A stretch of 60,897 nucleotides of DNA, filler included. It is 5 parts of 5 records of this genome, joined end to end, with 100 filler letters (N's around TTAATTAATTAA, not from the genome) between each part and the next. Parts side by side here need not be neighbours in the genome. Positions count along the whole stretch, not along the records: positions 1 to 10,650 come from DRR723986_4532; positions 10,751 to 22,516 come from DRR723986_4567; 3 more parts are not named here. One strand, 5' to 3'. The notes beneath the pieces are model-generated. The model made no database searches and was not told the DNA's origin. It saw only the letters and a list, made by a program, of their open reading frames with translations. Numbering within the stretch: position 1 is the first letter of the stretch; the number at the start of each line of letters is the position of its first letter. The position numbers and the translations under genes were made by a program. Positions 8,634 through 17,617 of the stretch are shown here, piece by piece.

Positions 8634-10472
8634 ATGTTTGGCAAACACATGCCCAGAACCTTGCTGATCAGCTCCGCTTCGCTGATGACAATCGCCTTCG
8701 CCGGCATCGCCTCGCAAACCATCGATTGGCAGGAGCTCGGGAAAAAGCTCACAAGCCCGGCGGAAGAAGCCGGCCGGATGACCATTGCAGGTGAGCGAGA
8801 CGATGATGCCTCGGTTTCGACAACCCAGCGCAGGAAACAGGAGGAAAGCCACTCCGTCATCGCGGACATCTCCCGTCCGGCCGTAGCCCCGCAGCCTGCC
8901 CCGGCCCCGGCCCCGGCCCCGGCTTTTCAGGACAGACTAATGATTGGCTCGGAGGCAGCCACCGGCGGCCTGATGTCGCTTTCCTCCGGCAGTGGCGGCT
9001 CTGCCCCGAGAAAGGTGGCTCAGTCCGAACCACCGGCAATGCCAGCCGTTCAGCCTGCAGACCGGGAACGGTTTGCATCCGCAGAAGTCAATCCGCTGAA
9101 ACGCACGAGCACGGAACCGGTATCGACCTTCTCCGTCGATGTCGACACCGCTTCCTATTCCTATGTCCGCAGCACGCTGTCCGGCGGCCGATTGCCGAAC
9201 CCGGATGCCGTGCGCGTGGAAGAAATGGTCAACTACTTCGATTACAGTTACCCCGTGCCTGAAAAGGGCGGTCACCCCTTCTCCACCAATGTTTCCGTGG
9301 TCGACACCCCGTGGAACGAACACACCAGACTGATGCAGGTCGGCATCCAGGGCTACAAGGTGCCGGTCGATGACCTTCCCCCGCAGAACCTGGTGTTCCT
9401 GATCGACACGTCCGGCTCCATGGCCGATGCCAACAAGCTGCCGCTGTTGCAGCAATCCTTCCGCCTGCTGCTGTCCACGCTCCGCGACGAGGACGAAGTG
9501 GCGATCGTCACATACGCCGGCAGCTCTGGCGTGCTGCTGGAACCGACCAAGGTTGCCGACAAGAGCCGGATCCTGGAAAAGATCAACGCGTTGACCTCCG
9601 GTGGCTCAACGGCAGGTCATGAAGGTCTGAAAGGAGCCTACGCCCTGGCAGAAACAATGACCGGCGACGGCGAGCAGACCAGGATCATCCTGGCCACCGA
9701 CGGCGACTTCAACGTCGGCCTGTCCGACCCGGACAGCCTGAAACGCTATGTCACTGAACAGCGGGAAAACGGCACGGCGCTTTCCGTTCTCGGCTTCGGC
9801 CGCGGCAACTACAACGATGAACTGATGCAGACCCTTGCGCAGAACGGACAGGGCGTTGCCGCCTACATCGACACGCTGTCCGAAGCCCGCAAGGTGCTGG
9901 TGGACCAGGTGGTCAGCTCCATCTCCATGATCGCCCAGGACGTCAAGATCCAGGTCGAATTCAACCCGGAGACCGTCGCCGAATACCGCCTGATCGGCTA
10001 CGAAACCCGGGCGCTCAGAACTGAGGATTTCAGGAACGACAAGGTCGATGCGGGAGATATCGGCGCGGGCCACAACGTCACGGCCCTTTATGAAATCACC
10101 CCTGTCGGCTCGCCGGCGGAAAAGTTCTCGGACCTGCGCTACGGCCCCAAGGAGAAGACCGAACCCATTCGCGCTTCCTATTCGGGTGAAATCGCCTGCG
10201 TGAAGCTGCGCTACAAGCTGCCCGGAGACAAGGAAAGTACCCTGATCGAGACACTGGTCATGGCAGATACAAGCGGCATACCGATGTCGGAAACCCTCTT
10301 TGCCGCGTCAGTTGCCGCCTTCGGGCAGAAGCTGAAAGGCACCGATCACCTGGGAGATTGGGATTTCAAGGCGATTGAAAAACTCGCCAGTGAAAACAAG
10401 GGCGCTGATCGCTTCGGCTACCGGTCTGAGTTCCTGACCCTCGTCCGTCTCGCGGACGTCGCCGAGCGCTAG
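8634..10472 (+). CDS. VWA domain protein, YfbK-like (vWF_A N-terminal + VWA + DUF3520-type C-terminus)
   Basis: STFSVDVDTASY, VRVEEMVNYFDY, MIDAS DTSGS, LATDGDFNVG, YRLIGYE, DAGDIGAGHNVTALYE. Confidence 0.9.
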   Translation: MFGKHMPRTLLISSASLMTIAFAGIASQTIDWQELGKKLTSPAEEAGRMTIAGERDDDASVSTTQRRKQEESHSVIADISRPAVAPQPAPAPAPAPAFQDRLMIGSEAATGGLMSLSSGSGGSAPRKVAQSEPPAMPAVQPADRERFASAEVNPLKRTSTEPVSTFSVDVDTASYSYVRSTLSGGRLPNPDAVRVEEMVNYFDYSYPVPEKGGHPFSTNVSVVDTPWNEHTRLMQVGIQGYKVPVDDLPPQNLVFLIDTSGSMADANKLPLLQQSFRLLLSTLRDEDEVAIVTYAGSSGVLLEPTKVADKSRILEKINALTSGGSTAGHEGLKGAYALAETMTGDGEQTRIILATDGDFNVGLSDPDSLKRYVTEQRENGTALSVLGFGRGNYNDELMQTLAQNGQGVAAYIDTLSEARKVLVDQVVSSISMIAQDVKIQVEFNPETVAEYRLIGYETRALRTEDFRNDKVDAGDIGAGHNVTALYEITPVGSPAEKFSDLRYGPKEKTEPIRASYSGEIACVKLRYKLPGDKESTLIETLVMADTSGIPMSETLFAASVAAFGQKLKGTDHLGDWDFKAIEKLASENKGADRFGYRSEFLTLVRLADVAER

Positions 10473-10492
10473 GTTCCCCCACCGCCCGCATA

Positions 10493-10520
10493 GAAACCGG
10501 CAGGCCCGCCTGCCGGTTTC
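10493..10520 (+). terminator. Probable intrinsic terminator
   Basis: Perfect 12-bp stem GAAACCGGCAGG-CCCG-CCTGCCGGTTTC followed by a T-rich stretch. Confidence 0.65.
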
Positions 10521-10578
10521 CATTTGTTATTCTCCCCCTCAATTGACCGTCGCCATGCGCCGTCACCTCACGCACCAT

Positions 10579-10650
10579 CCCTCCATTGGTCAGCCCTCCC
10601 ATGGTCACCCCTCCATTCGCCATCCCGGACGCAGCGCAGCGAAGATCCGG
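10579..10650. repeat. Three 15-bp imperfect tandem units running into a REP-like palindromic element cut by the contig end
   Basis: CCCTCCATTGGTCAG / CCCTCCCATGGTCAC / CCCTCCATTCGCCAT then CCCGGACGCAGCGCAGCGAAGATCCGG. Confidence 0.5.
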
Positions 10651-10750
10651 NNNNNNNNNNNNNNNNNNNNNNNNNNNNNNNNNNNNNNNNNNNNTTAATT
10701 AATTAANNNNNNNNNNNNNNNNNNNNNNNNNNNNNNNNNNNNNNNNNNNN
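10651..10750. other. Artificial contig-joining spacer
   Basis: N44-TTAATTAATTAA-N44 (stops in all frames). Confidence 0.98.
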
Positions 10751-11464
10751 GCCACCCCAGCCAAGTTCGTAGTAGGCCCACCAGCTACCCAGTGTGATAC
10801 CAATGGTTAAGAACAACCACGCGATATTGGTCCAGGGTCGTGACCACCGCGCCCAGCTGGCATCCATACGCCCGCTGAGTAAGGCTGCGATGGCAAAGGC
10901 GAACGCCACGGAAAAGCCCACGTAGCCGATGTAGAGCATCGGCGGGTGAATGACCATGCCAGGGTCTTGCAGCAGGGGGTTGAGGTCTTGGCCATCTGCA
11001 GGGGTATTCAGAAGGTTGCGCGCAAACGGGTTCGAGGTAAACAGGGCAAAGCCGAAGAAGCCAATGGCAACCATGCCCATGACCGACAGCACTCTCGCCA
11101 AAATATCCAAGGGGAGTTGCTTGGAAAACACCGCCACGGCAACGGTCCACAGGGTCAGAATCTCCAACCACAATAACAAGGAGCCCTCGTGCCCACCCCA
11201 CAGCGCACTGAATTTATACGCGACGGGCAATTGAGAGTTGGACTGCAGCGCCACAATATTGACGGAGAAATCATCGCTGAGAAAAGCGTAAAACAGGGCG
11301 CTTATGGCCAGCGTGGTGAACAGACACTGCCCCCACGCCAGGGTCGCGCCTGCAGCCATTGCGCGCCGGTCTCCACGCCAGACACCCAACATGGGAACAA
11401 CCGCTAATAACAGCGCAAAAGCAAAACCAAGAATGAGCGAGAAGTGCCCCAGTTCAATAATCAC
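10751..11464 (-). CDS. ccmF: Cytochrome c heme lyase CcmF, N-terminal part
   Basis: [47 protein letters not shown]; truncated by spacer. Confidence 0.95.
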
Positions 11465-11940
11465 GAGCCGTTGTACTCCTTGCCTGCTGTCGCCTCCTCG
11501 GCACGTGACTGCGCAGATTTTTCCAGGGCTTCGCTGACTTCCGGCGGCATATAATTTTCGTCGTGTTTGGCTAGCACTTCATCCGCGTAAAACACCCCGT
11601 CTTCAGCAAGCCGACCGGTAACCACCACGCCTTCGCCCTCGGCGAAGAGATCAGGCAAGATCCCTTCATAGGCCACCGCTACGCTGGCACTGTAATCCGT
11701 CACGCGAAAGCGAACTTTCAGGCTGTCAGTGGCACGCTCCACGGAGCCCTCTTCCACCATCCCGCCAGCGCGAATCTTTTTGTCGACCGGCGCTTTGCCC
11801 GCGACAATATCGGCAGGTGGGTAAAACAGGTTAATGTTCTCTCGCAAGGCGTAACCCAAGAACGCCGCCGCTGCCGCACTGGCAAGTAAAATAAACACGA
11901 CGATTCCAAGGCGCTGTTTACGCAGGGGGTGCATGGCCAT
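11461..11940 (-). CDS. ccmE: Heme chaperone CcmE
   Basis: N-terminal [19 protein letters not shown] heme-binding motif. Confidence 0.95.
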   Translation of the reverse strand: MAMHPLRKQRLGIVVFILLASAAAAAFLGYALRENINLFYPPADIVAGKAPVDKKIRAGGMVEEGSVERATDSLKVRFRVTDYSASVAVAYEGILPDLFAEGEGVVVTGRLAEDGVFYADEVLAKHDENYMPPEVSEALEKSAQSRAEEATAGKEYNGS

Positions 11941-11961
11941 TACAGCCTCCGTAGCAATAAT

Positions 11962-12147
11962 TTAAAACTGATTTTCAGCCTGACGGCGGCGGGCCGCTGC
12001 CGCCGCTAGCGCCCGCGCATTGCGACCGCGACGCCGCGACTCAAATACCAGAGCACACAGCACGATCGCACTGGCGGCAAAACTGAACCACACGTAAGGG
12101 CCGTGACCATCCATTTGCCAAAGCTGTTGAAGATTTGCAAATACCAC
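11962..12147 (-). CDS. ccmD: Heme exporter protein CcmD
   Basis: MDGHGPYVW motif, single TM, basic tail, position between ccmC and ccmE. Confidence 0.9.
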   Translation of the reverse strand: MVFANLQQLWQMDGHGPYVWFSFAASAIVLCALVFESRRRGRNARALAAAAARRRQAENQF

Positions 12148-12160
12148 TATTACCTCTCCC

Positions 12161-12904
12161 TTACTTGCCGCTCACCAACGCTTGCACCCAACGGGTATTT
12201 TTCTCTCGCTCAATGATCTCGGCGCGAACGAACAGCAACAGTACCCAGCCAAAAAACAGATACATACCGCTGAGCGTTGCCATCAACGGGCGCAACATCG
12301 TCGGGTGAATCGTTGATTCACCGACAAACTTGATGCTGGCAGGCTGGTGCAGGCTATACCACCACTCCACAGACCAGTAGATGATCGGGATGTTCACCGC
12401 GCCAACAATTGCCAGCACCGCGCAAGCGCGCGCAGCGGCGTCGCGGTTTTCAAAAGCTTGATGCAGGGCGATCAGCCCCAGATACAGGAAAAACAGAATC
12501 AATACGGACGTGATGCGGGCGTCCCACACCCACCATGTTCCCCAGGTGGGCTTCCCCCACACAGCGCCAGTCAACAGCGCAAGAAACGTCAGTGCTGCGC
12601 CAATCGGCGCCGCGGATTTCATGACAATGGCCGCCAGCTTCATACGCCATATCAAATGTACTGCGGCTGCGGTTGCCATCAGCATATAGCCGCCCATCGC
12701 AACGGCGGCGGCGGGAACGTGGATGTAGATAATGCGGAAACTATTCCCCTGCTTAAAATCAGCGGGTACAAAGGCGAGCCCCCACACACAACCCCCAACA
12801 AGCAGTAGCAAGGCGGGAATCGCCAACCAAGGCAACAGGCGCCCGCTAAATTGGTAAAACCAGCGTGGGGAGCCCCATTTGTGAAACCATTGCCAATTTG
12901 CCAA
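12161..12904 (-). CDS. ccmC: Heme exporter protein CcmC
   Basis: RIIYIHVP, WGKPTWGTWWVWDAR (WWD motif), WWYSLHQ. Confidence 0.95.
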   Translation of the reverse strand: MANWQWFHKWGSPRWFYQFSGRLLPWLAIPALLLLVGGCVWGLAFVPADFKQGNSFRIIYIHVPAAAVAMGGYMLMATAAAVHLIWRMKLAAIVMKSAAPIGAALTFLALLTGAVWGKPTWGTWWVWDARITSVLILFFLYLGLIALHQAFENRDAAARACAVLAIVGAVNIPIIYWSVEWWYSLHQPASIKFVGESTIHPTMLRPLMATLSGMYLFFGWVLLLFVRAEIIEREKNTRWVQALVSGK

Positions 12905-12934
12905 AGCCTGTCTTTCCTTAATTCAAACCAATAC

Positions 12935-13621
12935 TTACTGATCCACGCTAATGCGCAGGGCGCCCCCAATGGCCAGCGGCGCCAGCGCGAGGGCTGTCAT
13001 CAACAGCGCCGCCAACACCGCCAGCGGCGGCAGATATGCCATGCCATCGATGGCGCTTTTCACCGCTGCACTGCCAAAAATCAACACCGGAATATACAGG
13101 GGTAAGACAATCAACGACAGCAATAGTCCACCCTTGCGCAAACCGACCGTCAAGGCGGCGCCAATCGCACCGATAAAACTCAATACCGCCGTGCCAAGCA
13201 ACAGGCTAACCATCAGTACAACAAGCCCCTCAGAGGGCAACTGCAGGATGGTTGCCAACAAAGGCGACAACAGGCTCAGCGGCAAACCACTGACCAGCCA
13301 GTGACCGAAGGTCTTCGCCAACACCAGTGGGTACAGCGGTAGCGGGCTCAACAACAGCTGTTCCAAAGTCGCGTCGTCGTAGTCTCCGCGGAACAGGCCA
13401 TCTGTTGCCATCATTGACGCCAGCAAGGCCACCACCCAGATAATGCCCGGTGCTAACACGGCCAGTTGCTGCCGCTCGGGGCCGATACCCAGCGGAAACA
13501 AACTGCAAACCATTAAGAAAAACAGCAGGGGGTTGCTCCACTCGCTACCGCGTCGCAGCGCAGCCTGCAAGTCGCGTCGCAACACGGCAAACATTACCGC
13601 ACCAGTGCCCATCGGGATCAC
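12935..13621 (-). CDS. ccmB: Heme exporter protein CcmB
   Basis: LFPLGIGP, DYDDATLEQL, LPLYIPVLIFG; GTG start overlapping ccmA stop (alternative ATG 13612). Confidence 0.93.
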   Translation of the reverse strand: MIPMGTGAVMFAVLRRDLQAALRRGSEWSNPLLFFLMVCSLFPLGIGPERQQLAVLAPGIIWVVALLASMMATDGLFRGDYDDATLEQLLLSPLPLYPLVLAKTFGHWLVSGLPLSLLSPLLATILQLPSEGLVVLMVSLLLGTAVLSFIGAIGAALTVGLRKGGLLLSLIVLPLYIPVLIFGSAAVKSAIDGMAYLPPLAVLAALLMTALALAPLAIGGALRISVDQ

Positions 13622-14256
13622 GACGCCTTCCCCAGCTCTATACGGCGCAATGGACGGGGCAAGGACAGTGGATGGTGGGTGGTTAACAACACCATTCCCC
13701 CGTTGTCGGCAAAGTCGCAGATCCACCGCTCTATTTCCGCGACGCCGCGCTGATCTATAGCGGTGAAAGGCTCATCCAATAACCAAAGCCGGGCCGGGCA
13801 GCAAAATAGTCGCGCCAGATTTACACGTCGCTGCTGACCCGCTGACAAGCTGTAGCAGGGCTGCTGAATAAAGTCGCCCAGCCCCACTGTCGTCAGGGCG
13901 CGATGCAAATCGGTGTCGGCAACATGCTGCCCCCGCACCGCACAACTCCAACGCAGGTTTTCCAGGGCGGTCAGCTGCGCTTTGATACCGCTGCCGTGCC
14001 CCAGGTACAAACTGTGCTGCCGAAAGTCTTCGCGCTGGGTGATCAAATTCTCACCCCGCCAGTGAATGTCGCCCTCGTAGCGTGAGGACAAACCGGCGAG
14101 AATCTTTAGCAACGTGGTCTTGCCACTGCCATTGGGGCCGGCCAGTTGCACAACGTCTCCAGCGCTAACAGACAGCGACAGGCCCGCAAACAACACGCGC
14201 TCATCTCGCTCGCTGTATAGGTTGTGTAACTTGAGGTCTGGTGGCGACAAACTCAC
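13618..14256 (-). CDS. ccmA: Heme ABC exporter ATP-binding protein CcmA
   Basis: GPNGSGKTT, LSAGQQRRV, LWLLDEPF, LTTH. Confidence 0.95.
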   Translation of the reverse strand: MSLSPPDLKLHNLYSERDERVLFAGLSLSVSAGDVVQLAGPNGSGKTTLLKILAGLSSRYEGDIHWRGENLITQREDFRQHSLYLGHGSGIKAQLTALENLRWSCAVRGQHVADTDLHRALTTVGLGDFIQQPCYSLSAGQQRRVNLARLFCCPARLWLLDEPFTAIDQRGVAEIERWICDFADNGGMVLLTTHHPLSLPRPLRRIELGKAS

Positions 14257-14420
14257 TCTCGCTGCTCAAGGCCACCGCATGGCGGCAGTCCGATTTAAAA
14301 CGCGGCTAAGTATATACGAAATAACATCGAAATCCGCGCCCGGAATCTGGCGCGGCAATTTGTCGCAGCGGCAAAAGCCTCGCTGACAGGCTGGTGAGTG
14401 CACCCACTACGAGATGGCGG

Positions 14421-15236
14421 TTACTGACCGCCAGATTGATGGCGCTGTAGCCAGCGCTCCATATCCTGGGTCACGAGGTCGAGGTAGGCTAACGCCTTAT
14501 TCAGCTTGTCGCCCTCACTCTCACCCCGGAATCCCATCAAGCGATTGCGCACCCAGGCCAATTCGCTGACGAGGTCACTGATTTGCGGCTCGCTGACACG
14601 CGCCGCCGCGGGTGCCGATTTCAATTCCTTGTCCACCACCGAAGTCGCTGGGCTATACAGGCTATCCAGCAAGGTGTTCAATTTTGCATCGGATTGCGGC
14701 GCGCGACCGGAGGTGGCGGCAGGCCGTGGGTTCGCAGCCGATGACCGCCCCCCTGCTGCCGCGTCGAAAAATACATCCAGTAAGGCATCGCCACTACGCG
14801 GCGCGGGCGCGTCAGGCTTCGCTTTCGACTCGTCACCAGCCTGCCCTGCAGCCTTCAGCAGGCGTCCTCTGAGTTCATCGGGAATACGATTAACGGTTTG
14901 GTGATTAATCAGCCGGCTCAACATCACTTCAATCGCGCTTGTCGCGCCGATAATCAGCGAAACCAGACTCGGGCTGAGGGCAATACGCCGCGTTCTGAGC
15001 CTATCCATTACGCGTTCACTTAAACGCGCACACTCGGTTAGCTCGGCCAGTTCCAGGACCGCAGCACCGCCATAGAGGGTGTGAAAGCCGCGGTGGATAT
15101 CATCCAGTATTCGCTGACCATCATAGCCGTACTGCAGCTCTTCCAGCTGCGCAAACAAGCCCTTAACAATATCTTCGGCTTCCGCCAAAAATATCGCCAG
15201 GATACCTTCGTGTTCGTTTGCGTCCACAGTATGCAC
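14421..15236 (-). CDS. Truncated CheA-derived protein: P1 (Hpt) + linker + dimerization-like helices, no ATP-binding or CheW-like domain
   Basis: FLAEAEDIV...IHRGFHTLYGGAAVL matches the CheA P1 pattern IFRGFHTVKGGAGFL; C-terminal LVSELAWVRNRL...LDLVTQDM matches the CheA P3 pattern; stop follows directly. Confidence 0.75.
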   Translation of the reverse strand: MHTVDANEHEGILAIFLAEAEDIVKGLFAQLEELQYGYDGQRILDDIHRGFHTLYGGAAVLELAELTECARLSERVMDRLRTRRIALSPSLVSLIIGATSAIEVMLSRLINHQTVNRIPDELRGRLLKAAGQAGDESKAKPDAPAPRSGDALLDVFFDAAAGGRSSAANPRPAATSGRAPQSDAKLNTLLDSLYSPATSVVDKELKSAPAAARVSEPQISDLVSELAWVRNRLMGFRGESEGDKLNKALAYLDLVTQDMERWLQRHQSGGQ

Positions 15237-15364
15237 TCTATTGTTATTGATCTCAGGCCAGCTGGATCAGCGAATCCGGGTTCGTAATGGCTGGCAATTA
15301 TGCGCAAAGTCTTGCAGTAACACTGTTGGCCCGGTCACAAAGGGCCGATTTTGTAATCAAATGG

Positions 15365-15832
15365 TCATGTTTTCGACGTATTCGTGCAAAACAGCTCACG
15401 AATTTTGCTTTCCAGCATTGCCGCCGTAAACGGCTTAACGATGTAGGCATCCACCCCAGCCTGCGCAGCGGCGAGGATTTTTTCCCGCTGCGCGTCAGCC
15501 GTGACGATCATCACCGGTATATGCCTCAGGGCACTATCGGCGCGAATAACCCGCAACAGCTCCAACCCTCCCATTTCAGGCATCAACAGATCGGTAATCA
15601 CTAAGTCGAAGTGTTGGTTGTGAAGCATGGGCAATGCCACGCTGCCATCATCAGCTTCACTAATGCGCGCATAACCCAGATCGTTAAGCAAATTGCGCAT
15701 CACACGACGCATGGTGGCGAAATCCTCGACCACCAGAATTCTGATATCGCGCAAGGACGACGCCCCCCGGGCGGGCGAGTCGCTGGCGACATCACTGCTG
15801 GCAAAAGGATCGGGGGAGCGCTCATCACTCAT
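15365..15832 (-). CDS. cheY: Chemotaxis response regulator CheY (with ~25-aa N-terminal extension)
   Basis: ILVVEDFATMRR, VITD phosphoacceptor, VTA, YIVKPFTA; start overlaps fleN end. Confidence 0.88.
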   Translation of the reverse strand: MSDERSPDPFASSDVASDSPARGASSLRDIRILVVEDFATMRRVMRNLLNDLGYARISEADDGSVALPMLHNQHFDLVITDLLMPEMGGLELLRVIRADSALRHIPVMIVTADAQREKILAAAQAGVDAYIVKPFTAAMLESKIRELFCTNTSKT

Positions 15833-16652
15833 GCGGCGCCTCCATTCCAACGGGCTGCTGAATCAGGTTCTCTAGGAAAAACGCAAGCTGGCCCGACGGC
15901 TTGCGCGGCAGAGGCCAATCGCTCACCCGCGTTGCCAAGTCCCGGAACGCCCGCGAGGCCGGTGCACTCGGGGCATAATCGACCACTGGCTGTTGCTTTT
16001 TCACCGCCTCTCTCAATGCCGGGTCAAATGGAATGCTGCCGCTGTAGATGAGACTGACTGTTAAAAACTGCTCGCAGACACCTGCCAGCTTTTGAACCAA
16101 GCGGCGCCCCTCATCTTCGTCGCTAACCATATTGGCCAGAATGCGGAAACGTTGGCGGCCAAAATCACGATTCAATAATTTGATCAGCGCATAGGCGTCG
16201 GTCAGTGACGAGGGCTCATTACAAACCACCACCAGCACCTCCTGGCAGGCGTTGGTAAAGGTTAAAACGGTGTCGGTGATCCCCGCTGCCGTGTCGACGA
16301 TCAATACGTCCAGCTGCGCGGCCAGGTCACTGAATGCCCGGATCACGCCGGCATGCTGTAACTCACTCAGGCGAGTCAGCTGCCGTGCGCCGGAGGATGC
16401 CGGGATAATGCGCACACCAGACGGCCCGCTAATCATTGCTTCTTCCAGTGAGCACTCGCCGCTAAGGACCTGCTCAATAGTCTGCGGGGCCGACAGCGAC
16501 AACAAAACATCAACGTTAGCCAAGCCAAAGTCGGCGTCGAGAATCGCCACGCGCTTACCCTGGTGCGCCAGCGCCACAGCGGTATTGATAGCGACATTGG
16601 TTTTTCCTACACCGCCTTTGCCGCCGCTTACCCCAATAACCTGAACCGTCAT
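15825..16652 (-). CDS. fleN: MinD-like ATPase FleN/FlhG
   Basis: GGKGGVGKTN deviant Walker A, DADFGLANVD, DTAAGI, EPSSLTDAYALIK, C-terminal amphipathic FFLENLI. Confidence 0.9.
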   Translation of the reverse strand: MTVQVIGVSGGKGGVGKTNVAINTAVALAHQGKRVAILDADFGLANVDVLLSLSAPQTIEQVLSGECSLEEAMISGPSGVRIIPASSGARQLTRLSELQHAGVIRAFSDLAAQLDVLIVDTAAGITDTVLTFTNACQEVLVVVCNEPSSLTDAYALIKLLNRDFGRQRFRILANMVSDEDEGRRLVQKLAGVCEQFLTVSLIYSGSIPFDPALREAVKKQQPVVDYAPSAPASRAFRDLATRVSDWPLPRKPSGQLAFFLENLIQQPVGMEAPHE

Positions 16653-17206
16653 AAAGCGCGTCTCCCGGCAAGGGTGTTTTGTGGGTATCGATAGCTACCA
16701 AGATAGCGGTGCCGGGTATCGAGGTATCGCAATCCGATTTGGGCCAGCTCGCGCCTAAGCAGCCGCTGATGCAATGTGGGGCAATCAACAAATACCAGCC
16801 CGCTGGCGGTCGACCACGCTTCCCGGTATGCCTCATACACGGGGTTTACGCGCATGGTGCCGAGTAAGCCGCCCAGCCAAAGCCCAAAGAAAATCAACGC
16901 GCTGGGCAGGGCGTAGCGAACCACTGCCTGCATCGCCTCGGAGAGCTCGCGGCTGTATGGCCAGAGCACGGTAATCAACACCGCTGACATGACGGCGGCC
17001 CAGACTGCACCACGCCAGCTGAGCCCAGGAATATCACTCAGCTGCAGCTCATTGAGATGTGGCAACGACGCTGCCGGAGAACGCGCCTCGTCCCTCGCCC
17101 ACAATCGCAGGCGCCAGTGCGTGCCCTGCTCACGCTGCATCTGCGCCCAACATTCCAGCGCAGACAATGCGGATGCATCGGGAATAACAAATACCAGTTT
17201 ATTCAT
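16649..17206 (-). CDS. Hypothetical two-TM membrane protein
   Basis: 185 aa, two hydrophobic segments (WRGAVWAAVMSAVLITVLWPY; ALPSALIFFGLWLGGLLG); 3 nt after fliN stop, ATGA overlap with fleN. Confidence 0.7.
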   Translation of the reverse strand: MNKLVFVIPDASALSALECWAQMQREQGTHWRLRLWARDEARSPAASLPHLNELQLSDIPGLSWRGAVWAAVMSAVLITVLWPYSRELSEAMQAVVRYALPSALIFFGLWLGGLLGTMRVNPVYEAYREAWSTASGLVFVDCPTLHQRLLRRELAQIGLRYLDTRHRYLGSYRYPQNTLAGRRAL

Positions 17207-17209
17207 AAG

Positions 17210-17599
17210 CTATCGCAGCGACTGCAAACGTTCGGTGGCACTCACAACCTCGGTCAGCCGAATACCAAGTTTGTCATCAACCACCACCACCTCTCCCCGC
17301 GCAATCAGTCGGCCATTGACGAGGACATCCAGCGGTTCACCTGCTTGGCGGTCCAGCTCCACCACTGCGCCCTGCTGTAACTGCAGCAGGTCGCGGATGG
17401 CCATGTCACTGCCACCCACCTCTAGCGTGACGCGGACGGGAATGTCCATCACCATATCGAGGTCCGGCGCCGCCGCTGTGCGCTCTCGAAGCCGGGCCTG
17501 CCCCAACAGGTCAGACGCTCCAGACGACTCTCCCTCTTCCGCTTCTATTTGTTGGCGCAGCATCTCACGCTCTCGCCGCAGGTTTTCTGGCTCTGTCAT
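17210..17599 (-). CDS. fliN: Flagellar switch protein FliN
   Basis: LDMVMDIPVRVTLEVG, GEPLDVLVNGRLIARGEVVVV SpoA domain. Confidence 0.93.
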   Translation of the reverse strand: MTEPENLRREREMLRQQIEAEEGESSGASDLLGQARLRERTAAAPDLDMVMDIPVRVTLEVGGSDMAIRDLLQLQQGAVVELDRQAGEPLDVLVNGRLIARGEVVVVDDKLGIRLTEVVSATERLQSLR

Positions 17600-17617
17600 T
17601 GCCTCACTCCTTATACG

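Noticed and set aside
8898-8923. (GCCCCG)4 tandem repeat
   Set aside because: In-frame hexamer encoding an Ala-Pro linker; length change would not shift the frame, so not a phase-variation switch.
10695-10706. TTAATTAATTAA palindrome recurring four times in the window
   Set aside because: Always centred in N runs; an artificial linker, not a biological repeat or CRISPR.
14257-14420. Possible remnant of the CheA kinase domain or cheB/cheW downstream of cheA'
   Set aside because: Only 164 bp with no recognizable N/G-box or CheW-like sequence; more likely the ccm promoter region.
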